Shown here in pieces: positions 49,641-63,090 of a DNA stretch of 64,000 bases; the stretch's first letter is position 1; the number at the start of each line of letters is the position of its first letter. The stretch spans positions 21,328,001 through 21,392,000 of the forward strand of contig JANJGN010000001.1 of assembly GCA_026770705.1 (NCBI GenBank). The letters are read 5' to 3'. Source of the stretch: Isurus oxyrinchus (Eukaryota). The notes under the pieces are model-generated. The model had not been told where the DNA came from and searched no databases. It saw nothing but the letters and a program-made list of their open reading frames with translations. The translations under genes were made by a program, and so were the position numbers.

Positions 49641-51827
49641 GCTAGGCTACATAATTTATCAATATTAGTCATCTCCTCTCTGCTCTTTACAGTTCCTGAC
49701 CTGCTTCTGTAATGACAATAAAACATACCAGCTTCTTTGTTAACCTCATCAATACTATTGGTGATCAGGCTGCATTCATTTACTGGTGTTGCAGGTTTAA
49801 GCTGAAAAGTAATTCAGAGGCTCATTCTTTACACTCCAACTATTTCCATATGCCCTCAAAAATATTGCAGGAAGGAGAGAAATGATATGGAGACAGACAC
49901 AGGGAAAAAGTCACATTTTTAACACAAATTTAAATACTCTACACAATTTGATTTTTTCTTTTCCTACAACATTCAAACATGACAAATCAGCAAATAATAA
50001 ATAAGCAGCAAAAAGGATTGAGTTGTCAGGGCTTTGAGAGCCAGATTGCCAAAACTTTGGAGCTGCAGGTTGCAATTCCCTGTCATATGAGATCAAGTAT
50101 TGTAATGTAGGTATATGAGATAAATGGATAAGAGGAAGAATTTGATGACAGTCTCTATTGGGAAGTTTTTTTTCTAATTATGAAAGGATTTAATAAAAGA
50201 GATGGGGTGAACTGGCACAGGTTGGTAACCAGCAGTATGGATCTACTTGGTCTTTTACTTCTCCACCTTCCGCATGCAAAGTTTAAAAAAACACATTTGC
50301 ATCCATATTGCTGCTGTCTACAATTTTTTTATATTGTTATCTCTTTTATACCCATTTTAATTATTCTTATTAGACATTTGTATGGTTCAGAATCTGATTT
50401 TTGTTTGGCTCTGTCTTTATGAAATATTTTTTCTTGACCTTTATTAGATTTTTGACCTAAGTCTGTGGCTGTAGTTTGATTGTATTTCTTTCTCCCAGAG
50501 GGGGATGGCTGCTTTCTATGGTTCATTCTAAATAGAATGCACAATGTAAAAATTTAGTTCTACTTCTGTTCTTTTTCACTCCCCACTTAATCTTCCTGCG
50601 TGCTCTTTTCATAGCTGGAAAGTTTACTCCCTTAGCCTGAGAAGCCTATATTATTATTTTTGGCCTTGACTTTAATTACAGTGTCAAATCTTATTGTATC
50701 AAATAATCACTGGTACCCAAGTGTTCATCCAGTTCTAGTTTACTGATCAGTTGTGGTAGGCTGCTGAATACTAAATGCAATGTAACACCTGCTCTTCTAT
50801 TCTGCTGGCTTATGGTAAGAGACAGATTGTCACCATAAAATTGTTGATACTTTTACCTTCTCTCCTTATTGTCCCTGGTTCCATTCCACTTCTGTTTGAC
50901 TTGAACTGGCAGTTGCCAGGGGTTCCTAATTAGAATTCGTCACGTATAGCAATATTATTTTCTACCCGCATTGCTGCAAATGCCCTTCCACAGTTTTAGC
51001 TTTACATCTCTCTTTATCAATAATGTGGCTTCTCTTAGTAAGCACTGTGCTTTCTAGTTTTTTTCCATCTTCTGCATGCAGTTGTTTCTATGATTCAGTG
51101 AAACCTATCAATTTTTCTTCATTGTTAACCTCATCAATACAGTTGTTGATCTGGCTGCATAAATTTACTGTCATGCAGGTACAAAGCTGGAATATATTTC
51201 AAAGATTCATTCTTTGTACCCCCATCTATTTCCATGCACCCTCAAAAAAGCTGCAAAGGAGAAATCACTCACATGGTCCCTTGTTTTAAAATTAGAATTT
51301 GGCTCAGTTCATAGTGTGAGGATGATTTATCTACAAATAATTCTAGGTTCAAATTGTGTGATTAGAATATAAATGTTTTCTCCAGTAGAAGTAGAAGATC
51401 TTGATTCTGGGATGTTGATGCATTACATATAATGCGCATAAATGAATCATAAGAATTCTGATCATGCTGCACACTGCCATACAAATATTAACTTCAGCCC
51501 TACTCATGTCTTGGAGAGCTGCTTTGTTCTCTTTTGAAGCTGAGTGTACACCATACATTTGTAAAATTAAACAATCAGAATCTGCACCATTTTTGCTCCA
51601 TGAGCAGCATCAATGAAAACCATCTGTCGTAGAGTAAAGCAATGCAGTAGATTTTCTTCAGAACAGCTACATTTAAACTAACAGTTAACACAGTTGGGCT
51701 GTCTTCGATATTATAATAGAAAAATTGATTAAATTGGCAAGTAAACTAGTGGTTCTGTATTTTACTGTTTCAAGTTTGCAATAATCCTCGATTTCCAATT
51801 GTGAGGAGGAAGAAAATCTACTGAGAT

Positions 51828-52129
51828 AAAAACAAAAAACTGTGGATGGTGGAAATCCAAAACAAAAACAGAATTACCTGGAAAAACTCAGCAGGTCTAG
51901 CAGCATCGGCGGAGAAGAAAATAGTTGACATTTCGAGTCCTCATGATCCTTCACCAGAACTGAGTGAGTATAAGGAGAGGGATGAAATATAACCAGCTTA
52001 TATTTCACCCCTCTCCTTATATTCACTCAGTCCTGTGGAAGGGTCATGAGGACTCGAAAAGTCAACTCTTTTCTTCTCCACCGATGCTACCAGACCTGCT
52101 GAGTTTTTCCAGGTAATTCTGTTTTTGTT
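51828..52129. mobile_element. Two Penelope tails in inverted orientation (about 132-bp-arm palindrome)
   Basis: Arms 51861-51992 and 51998-52129, loop ccagc. Confidence 0.88.
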
Positions 52130-52299
52130 AAGAAAATTTACTACATTGCTTTACTCTATGACAGATGGTTTTCATTGATGTTGCTCATGGAGCAAAAATG
52201 TCACCTTCTACGGTTGTCTTCTTCACTCCTTCCTGCTTTCTAGTTATTTCTCTATCCCTTTCTGCCACCCTTAATTTTGCACCATGTTGTAGTGACACA

Positions 52300-53270
52300 G
52301 TCCAGGCCAATTACTGCCCTATCAGTCTATTCTCAGTCATCAACAAAGAGATGGAAAGTGCCATGATAGTACTATCAAATGGCACTTGCACAGCAATAAC
52401 CTGCTCACTGATGCTTAGTTTGGGTTCCACCAGGCCTAATCAGCTCCAGACCTCATTACAACTTTGGTTCAAACATGGGCAAAAGAGCTGAACTCAAGAT
52501 GCGAGGTGAGATTGACCACCCTTGACAGCATTTGACCGAGTGTGGTATCAAGGAGTCCTAGCAAAATTCAACAGCATTGCCATTGCTCATCCCCACACCA
52601 TCAACATCCTGAGAGTTACCACTAGACTGGACCAGCCATATAAATACTGTGACTACAAGAGCAGGTTAGAGGCTGGGAATTCTGCAGTGAGTAACTCACC
52701 TCCTGACTCCCAGAAGAGAAACCTATCCATCATCTACAAGACACAAGTCAAGTGTGATGGAATATTCTCCACTTGCCTGGATGAGTGTAACTCCAACAAC
52801 ACTCAAGAAGCTCGACACCATCCAGGACAAAGCAGCCCAATTGATTGGTACTCCATTCACCACCTTAAACATTCACTCTCTCCATCACCAGCGCACAGTG
52901 GCAGCAGTGTGTACTATCTACAAGATGCATTACAGCAACTTACCAAGACTTCTTCAACAGCACCTTCCAAACCTGTGATCTCTACCACCTAAAAGGACAA
53001 GGGCAGCAGACACATGGGAACACCACCACCTGCCAGTTCCCCTCCAAGCCACACACCCTCCTGACTTGGAACTGTATTGCCTTTCCTTCATTCTCATTGG
53101 GTCAAAAACCTGGAATTCCTCTCCTGAAAGCATTGTAGGTGTAATTACACCACATGGACTGCAGCGGTTGAAGAAGGCAGCTCACTACCAGTTTCTTGAG
53201 GGCAGTCAGGGGTGAGCAACAAACGTTGGCCTAGCCAGTGACACCTACATCCCATAAATGAATAAAAAGA
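52300..53270 (+). mobile_element. Family A LINE, internally deleted
   Basis: ANYCPISLFSVINK, AFDRVWYQG and MEYSPLAW motifs; tail at about 53260. Confidence 0.85.
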
Positions 53271-54699
53271 ACTGATGTAGTGCACAAAATGCATTCGAAC
53301 ATATGAATTAGGAGCAGGAGAAGGCCATTTGGCCCCTCTGACCTTAAGATGAGACATCAATGAAAGGAGGAAAATTGTTGGAGGAATTTCACTGAAGGAC
53401 TAGGTGTTTGCTTTTTAGAACAGTTAATTTCCTTGTGTGTTGATTTTGTTATAAGTGTTCTTTTTGGGAGTGTGTGTTGCAGTGGGTGGGTACTATTGAC
53501 CTCTTAAAGGATTATGGGGTGGATTCAAGGATTTGATTGGCTTTTTTTCTGGTGGTTACCTAATCAGGACTGGAACATTGTTAAAGAAGAGGAAGTAAAG
53601 TCTTTAGAGTTAGTGAAAAGTAGTTTTTATCAATAGTAATGTTTTATTGACAAAAGCAGCGGGGATACACCTAGTTTGATGAGCATACTGAACACTTTGG
53701 CATGGCCTACAGATATTTCCCAGAAAAATAGAAAAATTACACTATAAGCTTGTTCCATAACTATTAATTCAAAGCATCTTTGGATCACTCTTGCCATTTA
53801 GTGCAAGTTTCAGACCCTGCAAATTGATTTTGCTTGGTTTATTGTTTGTGCCAATTAATGTCCCAGTTAGTTGAAAATATAAAATTAAAGAGGTTTTACA
53901 ATTACTTTTAATTAAAAAGCTGCAATCCAATAGCATTTTTAATTACTGTTGTGTAATTGGTATCTCTTTAACTTTTCAACTGAATATTCATATATGTGAG
54001 AGATGAAAAGGTACCATAGACGCAATGATCCTTCCAATTCTATGGCCATCTCAACTGCTGCTATTTTGAGTATCTATGTGGACTTAAACCACCTAGCACA
54101 GTCGTCCACAAGGATGGCAAAAGAGTTCAGGCAATTATTATTGGAAATGTTTCCAACTTTTCTGAGTTTGGAAGCAGATCCAATGTGAGCCACAGGCTTT
54201 GTGACCACAACTGCCATAATTGAAGATGCTCCTTGTCCCTTTACGTCTATCACCTGTGCATTCCTTCCCTCCACATTTACTGGATACCATCAATGCTGAG
54301 CCTCTTGGCATTGGGCAAAAGTATTTTTATGAATGGTGTCAGATTTTCCTGGACAGCTGCTGTCAACTATTTGTGGCAGTTAGACGCAACATTGACTGCA
54401 CAGTTACCAAGTATAACTACCCTCAGAATACTCCAGCAAGCTCCTGATAATATTTGCAGGAATAGTGCTGTTGTCCAGAAATGCTGTTTTCTTTCCTGAG
54501 GTTATTGTCACTTTCTGACCTTTTCCAGAAATACTTTGATTTTCCCTAAGGTTATTGTCAAGCACCCCCAGGTAATACTTGAGCTTAGTGAGTTAAATGA
54601 AATACTGAATGAGTAAGTGCACTGTCCAGTGTGTTTCTAAAAACATTTTTTTATTCAGAATCTAGGCTAAAGTTCATTTGGGAACTAATTTTAAAAATA

Positions 54700-54960
54700 A
54701 ATCATACTTGGGATATGGATGTCACTAGTCAGGACATGATTTATTGCCAATTCCTGGTTGCTCTTGAAAAGGTGATGGTAAGTCTGTTCGGTGAAGGTGG
54801 TCCCTCAGTGCTTCCACTTAGGGAGTTCTTGGGAATTTGACCAGTGGCCAGGAAGGAACAGTGATATATGTCCAAGTGGGGATGGTGTGTGACTTGGAGA
54901 GGTACATGGATGTGATGGTGTTAGAATGCACCTGTTGCCCTAATCCTTCCAGCTGATAGA
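54700..54960 (-). mobile_element. Old family A 3' fragment
   Basis: Diverged reverse tail. Confidence 0.6.
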
Positions 54961-55509
54961 AGCCATGGACTTGGGACCTCCACCACCTCACAATGGGATG
55001 CTTTGTGGTAGAGGTCTCCATTCTCCAGATACGCCATCTGGTGTTTTTTTTTATTGTCTTTCATTTGCTATGGTTTCTTTTTTGTTTCATTATATTTTTT
55101 CCCCTCAAAATACCTGTAACAGTTCAGTCATCAAGAATGGTGCGTTCCTCAGTTCTCCAACAAAAATGTGTGAAGATTCTGAATTATATGAGATCAAATC
55201 TTTTTAGAAACTTGTGATAAGATTTCTTTAGCACTCTAATTGTAGTGAAATTGTAAACACATTTGTCAACATATACAATTGCACTAAAAATAAGAAAGGA
55301 ACTCTTCAAACCTTGCTTCTAGGTAGAATAAAGAATAAAATATGGCCTATATTAGAAAATAAATTATATATACACTGAGCTCTAGTTTAACTGTAAAGCA
55401 TCAGAAGAATCGTAATCCTGTACTACTGAAATAAGGAAAAGGATGTCATCATTTTAAAATAGACCACCAACAAATTGTAAGACCTTGTTCAAGGAACATG
55501 GCGTATTTA

Positions 55510-55917
55510 GGTCAGCTGTGGCTTGCATCCTCACCTCTGAGTCGCAAGGTTCTGGGTTCAAGTCACGCTTCAGGGCTTGAGCACAAAAACCAAAGCTGAC
55601 ACTCCTCCAGTGCAGTACTGAGTTTTGCACTGTCAGAGGTGCTGCCTCTCAGATGCGATGTTAAACCAAAGCTCCATCTGCCTGTTCGGGTGGATGTAAA
55701 AAATCCCATGACATTACTTCAAAGAAGAGCAGGTGACTTATTCCACTTGCACTGGCCAATATTTACCCTTCAGTCAACATCACAAAAACAGATTACCTGG
55801 TCATTACCACATTGCTGCTTGATGGAGTTTGGCATGTGCAAATCGGCTGCTGTGTCTCTGCATTACAACAGTGGCTACACTTCAAAAGAAGAAATATTTC
55901 ATTTGTTGTAAAGTGCT
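55510..55917 (+). mobile_element. Deu-core SINE (SacSINE1-like)
   Basis: tRNA head (gggttcaagtc), body cagtgcagtactga..gatgttaaac..ggatgtaaaaaatcccatg..tggccaatattt, tail tgtaaagtgct. Confidence 0.75.
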
Positions 55918-56483
55918 GCCCTGTAATTGCTGATCAGAGATCAAAATACATTTTTTGGGCCCTTCTTGAGAAAAAAAAAGACTAGTTTAATTTTCTCGAG
56001 GGCTACTTTTTGATTTCAGGGGGTTACTTAATGGTTTTCGGGGGCTCCTTTTACTTTTTCACAAATTCCTTTATTTGGTGATGCAGCCACGGTGTGACAT
56101 TACCTTCTGTATTTGTGTTTTTATTTTAATGTTGCCTTTTTTGATAGATAAATTAGTACAAATACTAACAGAAAAACTCTAAATATAAAATAATCACAGG
56201 CAAATGTTGCCCAAAATTACCATTTCAGCATGGAACAAAGGAAACCCTGAAATAAGGTCAAACTTGCATTTATACAATGCCTGTCACAACCTCAGAAAAT
56301 CCCAAAATACCTTGCAGACAATGCAGTGCTTTTGAATTGTAGTCACTGTTGTAACATAGCAGCCAATTTACACACAGCAAGTTCCCACAAGCAGAAAATT
56401 GATAATTACCACATATTCTGTTTTGGGATGTGCTCCCCCAAGTGGGATGGTGAGGAGGAGAAGGTGGGGAAAGGGAATAAATT

Positions 56484-58350
56484 TCATAAGATCATAAGAA
56501 ATAAGAGTAGCGGTAGACCATTTGGCTCTTTGAGCCTGATTTGCCATTCGATAAGATCATGGCATCCTGATTGTGGCCTTAACTCCACTTCCCTGCCTGT
56601 CCCCCCCATAGACTTTGACTCCCTTGTAGATAAAAACCTGTCTAACTCAGCCTGTGTGGAAGAGAATTCCAAAGACTAATGACCCTCCAAGAGAAGACAT
56701 TCCTCCCCATCTCCATCTTAAATGGGAGACCACCTATTTTTAAACTGTGTCCCTAGTTGTAGATTCTCCCACAAAGGGAAATATCCTCTCAGCATCTACC
56801 CTGTCAAGCCCGCCTGCTTAACCTTTCCTCATAAGACAACCTATTCATTCCAGAAATCAGCCTAGTAAACCTTCTCCGAGCTGCTTCCAATGCAAGTATA
56901 TCCTTCCCTAAGGAGACCAAACTGTACACAGAACTCTAATTGTGGTCTCACCAATGCGCTGTACAAATGTAGAAAGACTTCCCTACTTTCATACACCTTT
57001 CCCTCTGCAATAAGGGCCAATATTTCCTAATGACTTGCTGTATCTGCATGCTAAAAAGCACACCTAGATCCCTCTGTATCACAGCATTCTGTAGTCTCTC
57101 TCCATTTAAATAATATTCTGCCTTTTTATCCTTTCTGCCAAAGTGGACAGTCTCACATTTTTCCACATTATACCCCACCTGCCAATTTTTTGCCCACTCG
57201 CTTACCTTTCTATATCCCTTTGCAGACTCTTTGTATCCTCCTCACAATTTGTTTCCTTGCCTACCTTTGAATTGTTAGCAAATTTGGCTAAAAGACAGTT
57301 GGTTCCTTCATTCAAGTCATCAATATAGATCACAAACAATTGAGGCCCCAATACAGATCCTTATGGCATTCCACTCGATATGTTTTGCCAACCTGAAAAT
57401 GATCCCGACATTTTGGCCAGGATATTGAGGTCGGCGAGTCGGGGGGGGGGGGGGGGGGGCCTGTTCGCCGACGCGTAAACTGACATGGGTTGATGTTGGG
57501 CGGCACTCCTGACGTCACTCTACGTCATTTCAATTTTCAGGTCGGTGGGGGCACAGCCAAATCAACTGTGTGCCCGCCGACCTATCAACAGCCAATTGAG
57601 GCCACTTAAAAAGTAATTGAACTAGGTTATGGACAAGGTTGGCGGTCAGGCCGGGAGCCCTGGCGGGCTTCAGAAAAAACATGAAACCTCATCCACATGC
57701 GGGATGAGGTTTCATGTAGGTTTTTAAAAATTTAATAAAAGTTTGAATGAAAGTGATGGACACGTCCCAATTCATGTGACAGTGTCACACGAGGGGACAT
57801 GTCAGGGAAATTTTAATTTTGTGCATTGACCATTTTTGAATTTAGTGCCGGTCTTCCTGAGGCAGCACTTAGCATTCACGAAAGAGCGCACTCCCGGCTG
57901 AGGGAATCCCCTCCCACCACCCGCACAACACTTCTTGGCCAATGTCACAATGGGCAGGTCTTAATTGGCCCGCCCACGTAAAATGGCAGCATGCCCTCGA
58001 TTGGGGGAATTGTCTGCAAGCGCCCGCTCCTGCACTTCCCCCTGCCGCCCTGGGGAAAATTCTTCCCTTTGTTTTCTGTTAGTTAGCTAATCCTGTATCT
58101 GTGCTAATAAATCACCCTTAACACCATGTGCTCTGAAAAGGTCAAATAAATTTGTCAAACACGATTTCTCTTTCACAAAACCATGTTGACTCTGCCTGAT
58201 TGTCTTATGATTTTCTAAATCTCCTGCTACTGCTTCCTAAATAATGGATTCTAGCATTTTCTCAATGACAGATGTTAGACTAACTGGCCTATAGTTTCCT
58301 GCTTTCTGTTTCTCTCCTTTCTTGAATAGAGGTGTTATATTTCCCGTTTT
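56484..58350 (-). mobile_element. CR1 RT-to-3' fragment interrupted by a MITE
   Basis: YNVEKCETVHFGRKD..YYLNGERLQ..QRDLGV on -. Confidence 0.88.
57403..58067. mobile_element. Harbinger-like MITE nested in CR1
   Basis: GC/CpG-rich insert ending gggaaaattcttccc; CR1 resumes after it. Confidence 0.65.
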
Positions 58351-59167
58351 CTAAATTTGGGGTGAACTTGGTGATGCCACTGTCCTTTCACCTCATGACT
58401 TATGTTTAAACCTAGCCCTGGATTCTGGGAGAAGTACTTTCCTTTCTCTCTGCTGGATTGAAAGATACTGCATGGAACAATATTTGGACAGCCTTAAGCC
58501 CAGCTCCTATTCAGCTTGGTACCCACCAGGTCTACAAATACACCTAAGATTGCCAACCTCAGTCTGACAGGCCACATGAATGACTGGAATTCAAAATGAA
58601 AAGGTCACGTTGTGCCAACATAAAGTCATCTTCATTTGGGACAGGGTGCATGGAGTTTAGCTGTTTGTTGTACACCCAATCTAGGTGCGAGTCTTAAATG
58701 AGAGAGGCTCGTTCCTGAACACTGATACCATTGACCTACATTGAAAACAACAGTGATGAAGCATTAGAAATTCTCTTTGGGAACCTTTCCTTCAGATAAA
58801 AATTGTGAAGTCAACCATGACTCCTGGGAACTTTTGTTTCTTAATAGAGATGGAGAGGTAAGAATTGAGTTCACAGAGCAAGATTTTCTGAGGAACTTTT
58901 GATCAAGGGGTCACAATCCACTGGTCAGAAAACGTAATCTGGCATGATTTGTACTCTGTGCCTCTTTACTAGGTTTCTGGCTTCCTCCTCTCTTTGTCCA
59001 GCAGCTGGTTGAATCGATCGGTGACCGCAGCCAAGTCGCCTGCAAGGCAACAACAGGACTGGGGCCAGAATTTGTTGACCTCTGATCACAGGTCCTTCCA
59101 TCGCACCCCTGCTGCTCCTCTAATCATAGATTCTGTCTCTGGAGGAGCAGCAAGAGTGGGAGGGAGG

Positions 59168-59362
59168 GAACCTGTGATTGGAGAAGCTGGAGCAGTGCGC
59201 AAAGGAGAGATAGAACCTGTGATTGGAGGAGCTGGAGCAGCAAGCATAGAAGAGACGAAACCTGTGATTGGAGGAGCTGGAGCAGCGAGCATAGGAGAGA
59301 CAGAACCTGTGATTGGAGGACCTGGAGCAGTGAGCATAGGAGAGACAGAACCTGTGATTGGA
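59168..59362. repeat. 45-bp minisatellite, about 4.3 units plus one degenerate upstream unit
   Basis: Unit approximately gaacctgtgattggaggagctggagcagcgagcataggagagaca. Confidence 0.92.
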
Positions 59363-61094
59363 CGAGCAGTTCTTCACGGATTTGGTCTCTCCCACACCCA
59401 CTAGTGCTCCAATGAAAATACACGGGGGTGACATTTCTTTAAATATTTTGAAGTTTTTGCCACTGTCTTTGATTTTTCGCAGGCTATTTGTGAAATTTCG
59501 AAGGCGAATTTGCACACCGACCCCATGTATTTTGAACTTTGATCCTGACACTGAACAGGAACAGTTATGAATGCACATTCAGCACCCACTCCAGTGCATG
59601 TGCGGTTTATCCTGCCACTGAAGTCCTTGTGCGCTTGGTGGAAGCTGGTGGCAATACTCGTTTGCACCTGCACCGTCCTGTCCGACCTCTCTCAAGACCA
59701 CGTTGCTACCTGCTCGCTGAGCTTCCTGCTTGCCTTTCACTTGCCGCCTGTGTTGCTGCCTCCCGCTCGCAGCCCACTTGCTGTCTCCTGCTCGCTGTCC
59801 TTCTCTTAAGCCATCGCTGCCTCTATCCGTGCCCTCACTGCCTTTTGCTCGACCCCTTGCTCACTGCCCCTCTCCTGCACCTACAGCACTCATTAGACAC
59901 AGAGAAAACTGCCCTTTACATTTTCCCATTGTGTTCTCCTCAGAAAAGATACAACATGGATTACAGGGTAAAGCAGCACATTGTCCATTTAAATAGTCAA
60001 AATGCTTGCCAGTCTCCCATCAGGTCAGAAAATGCTGCTTTCTGGACCATTACAGTTACAGTACATCTTGAAATGATTATTTCAGGGACAGTCTCAATCT
60101 CATGCAGTAATTATCTGACATACTGTTTAAATATTACATTTTTTATTTTTAAAGTAAGCTTATTTTAAAAAGTGAAGATGATATAGCATTGTTTGCAGTT
60201 TCCAGATCAAGGTGTAATTCTTCTCCAGCTGAGTTTGGTGCATGCCGTCTTTGACGCACTCAGCTGCCTCACTGCAGCTGCATGTACGGGGAGTGCAGTT
60301 GCAGCGTCTCTCAGCCAAAATGCTTTGAGACGTCCAGTGACTGTGGTAAGAACTATATAAATGCAAGTCTTTTCTTTCTTTTTAACGATAGAATGTCAAT
60401 ACAGATTGCAGAGCAGAAGACATCTTAAACTCTGTCTGCACTGTAACTGAGGATTTGCATCAGAAATGAATCTAAAGCAACTTTTTGTCAGAAATTGATT
60501 AAAAAAAAACACTCTAGGAAAAATATGTAGAATTTTCTGCGGAGAAATCAATCTCTCTGCTGAAACTGTGAAACTGGACTGGTCCAGGCTGAATTAGGCT
60601 GGTCCAATAGACATACACAATGTTAAATCATCTACAGAATTAATATGAGTGAAAACCAAATATTAGCGCATGCACCAAATTGTTAGTTAGCATTATTGTC
60701 CTGACCAAATTGAATGTTGTTACCTACTAGTGTGAGGCTATAACTGTTTGGGGTCGTTGAGATATATTCCACATAGCAAAAAAAGAAAATGATTATAAGT
60801 CAAGCAGTCTGATTTCAAAGAAACAGAATTAATCTGTAATGCTAGCTGAGCAACAGAATGAAGGAGCCTAGGATCAAAATTGTAGTTTCTGCCTCTCTAA
60901 AACTACAATTGTATCCTGCTCTTCACTTAACAAAAATATCTGCAAGCAAGTGAATGAATGAATAAATGTTTTTACTGATTTGAACATTAATTATATATCT
61001 TAATATTTCTTATAAGAGCCACTGCTCACTTAGAATTAAAGAGCTCTTCATTTTCCTCAGTGAACACTAGATCTTTTCTCCAAATTGGCTTCCA

Positions 61095-63090
61095 AGGGCA
61101 GAATTTTCTGCTCTGGAAACAAAGAGGGGTGGTGGGCGGGAAAATTAGCACGGTTCCCGCCGGTGAGTGGGCGGGTTGCTGAGCTAGATTGCCCGCTTTT
61201 AAACTAATTATGTATGCACAAACGAGCAACATGTCATATCTCGTGGCAGGGCAGGCTGGGATTCATCCGCCCCGCCATTGCCTCATCAGGTTGTATTTCT
61301 CGGCCTCATATTTAAACAGCACTCGCGCACATATTCACTTTCTGCAGCCTAGGACTTGTCATGGCAAACACTAGAACTGCCCCCAGGAGAGACAAACTGT
61401 GTGTGTTGAATATTAACGACAAGGGACTGGCAATCCTCCTCCACGCAGTTGAGGACCAGTGGAAGGTCCTTTACCCCATGAAAGGAGTGAAGAGCCACCA
61501 GCCTGAACACCAGGGTTGAGGAAGAGGTCACCAGGGTGTTCAGAAGAGGTCTACTCTCTGGTGCTGAAAGAGGATGAATGATCTCATCCACTCCACCAGG
61601 GTAAGTCAACCTTCTCACTCTCAACTCTCACTCTCACAAGGCCTTCAGGCATTCACAGGGTTATAGTCCGCAGGGATCTCACACACTACCAGCACAAGGG
61701 ACATCACCACTGATTCTCTCACATACACTTTTACATCTTCATCTCCTGTCCCATCCTGCACAAGTCTCATCTTTGCCCATCCATAGATCCACACAGCACA
61801 CGCCGCAGGCAGGCATGTTTATCATCTGCTTTGGCATTCATCCTGTTCACAGACTGTCCATCTGTCTTCATGGAGGAGAAAATCGCCCACAGCAACAGAG
61901 GTCCCAGTCAGGAAGGGGAATGCCAGAGCTCAGGCCACTCACCCCATTTGAAGAGCAGGTAGCAGAGCTGGCCAGCGAGGACAGGGACCATTCCTGCGCC
62001 GAAAGCAAGATTGGTGTCTCAACAAGCCATTGAGGCCTCACCCACTAGTCTTCGCCCACCCACTGACACTGTGAGTGCTCTTTAATGTAGGTGACTATCC
62101 AGCCAATCACTAATTGTCTTTTCTCTCTATTACAGCCAGCAGCAAGAAAAGGAGGAGGCACACTGCCAGTCAGTCCATCAGCCCCAGCCCCCAGAGCACC
62201 ACAGATGAGGATCATGAGGATCCTTTGGAAGTAGATTCGCCACAGGGTTCAGCTGCACTCTCCACCAGCGCAGAGGCACACATCTCAGTGGGACCTCATT
62301 TTATAGCAGGCTCAGGGACACCATCTGGTCAGATTCTGGTCCGAAGCAGGTGGAGGCAGTGACAGCCAAGGTCACTGACACTTGGAGGACTGCTGGAGTC
62401 CAAGCCCAATAATGAGCCTCTGGAATTGGTCCTCAGAGAGATGCTGGAGCTCCAAATACAGCAGGCAGGGTTGTCAGAGGCCACCACCAGATTGGAACGG
62501 AGGATGGAAGAGTCCGTCCACGTTATGCCTGATGTCGTGGCACTGATGTGCCAGCTCATCGAGGTCACCTTTGAAAGGGTGGTGACCGCCATGGAGACCT
62601 TGGTCCAGCAATTTGTGCCGGATATGTACTTGGACCTGCACACCATTGCTACAACTGTGAGTGGCAACCATCAATGGCTGTGTGAGAGCAGACAGGGCAC
62701 ATCGATCTCCTGACAGGAGCTCCTTCTCCTCAAGGAGTCAGGGAGGGATCCTTGGGCACCCACAAGGAGGAGAAGCATCAGCCGGACATCCTGGGGCAAT
62801 CCACCCAGGACTCTCCTGGGCTGTCTAGCCGCTCCAGTTCCTCTCTGCCCATGACCAAAGCAACTCCATCTACTCAGCCAGAGGTGAATGCACCTGTCCC
62901 AAAGCAGGAGATCCATAACTGGCTGGGGACCTCCAGGAATTAGCCCTCCAGAGAACACCCACCGAGGCCATCACAAACAAAAGGACATAGTAGTCAGCAG
63001 GCTGCCTCCACCTCTGCTGCAGATGTCAAGTGAGTACCTAGACATAATGATAGGGTAAGAAAGGTTAAGAAATACTGAGAGCACAGTTTG
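61095..63090 (+). mobile_element. Harbinger-related element, Myb/SANT-like gene portion (second family)
   Basis: Terminus gggcagaattttc; gaggatgaatgatctcatc (RMNDLI) followed by donor-like gggtaagt as in the other Harbinger copies; PELRPLTPFEEQVAEL. Confidence 0.75.

Noticed and set aside
59168-59362. CRISPR-like array
   Set aside because: Eukaryotic context, and the units are contiguous homologous repeats without unique spacers.
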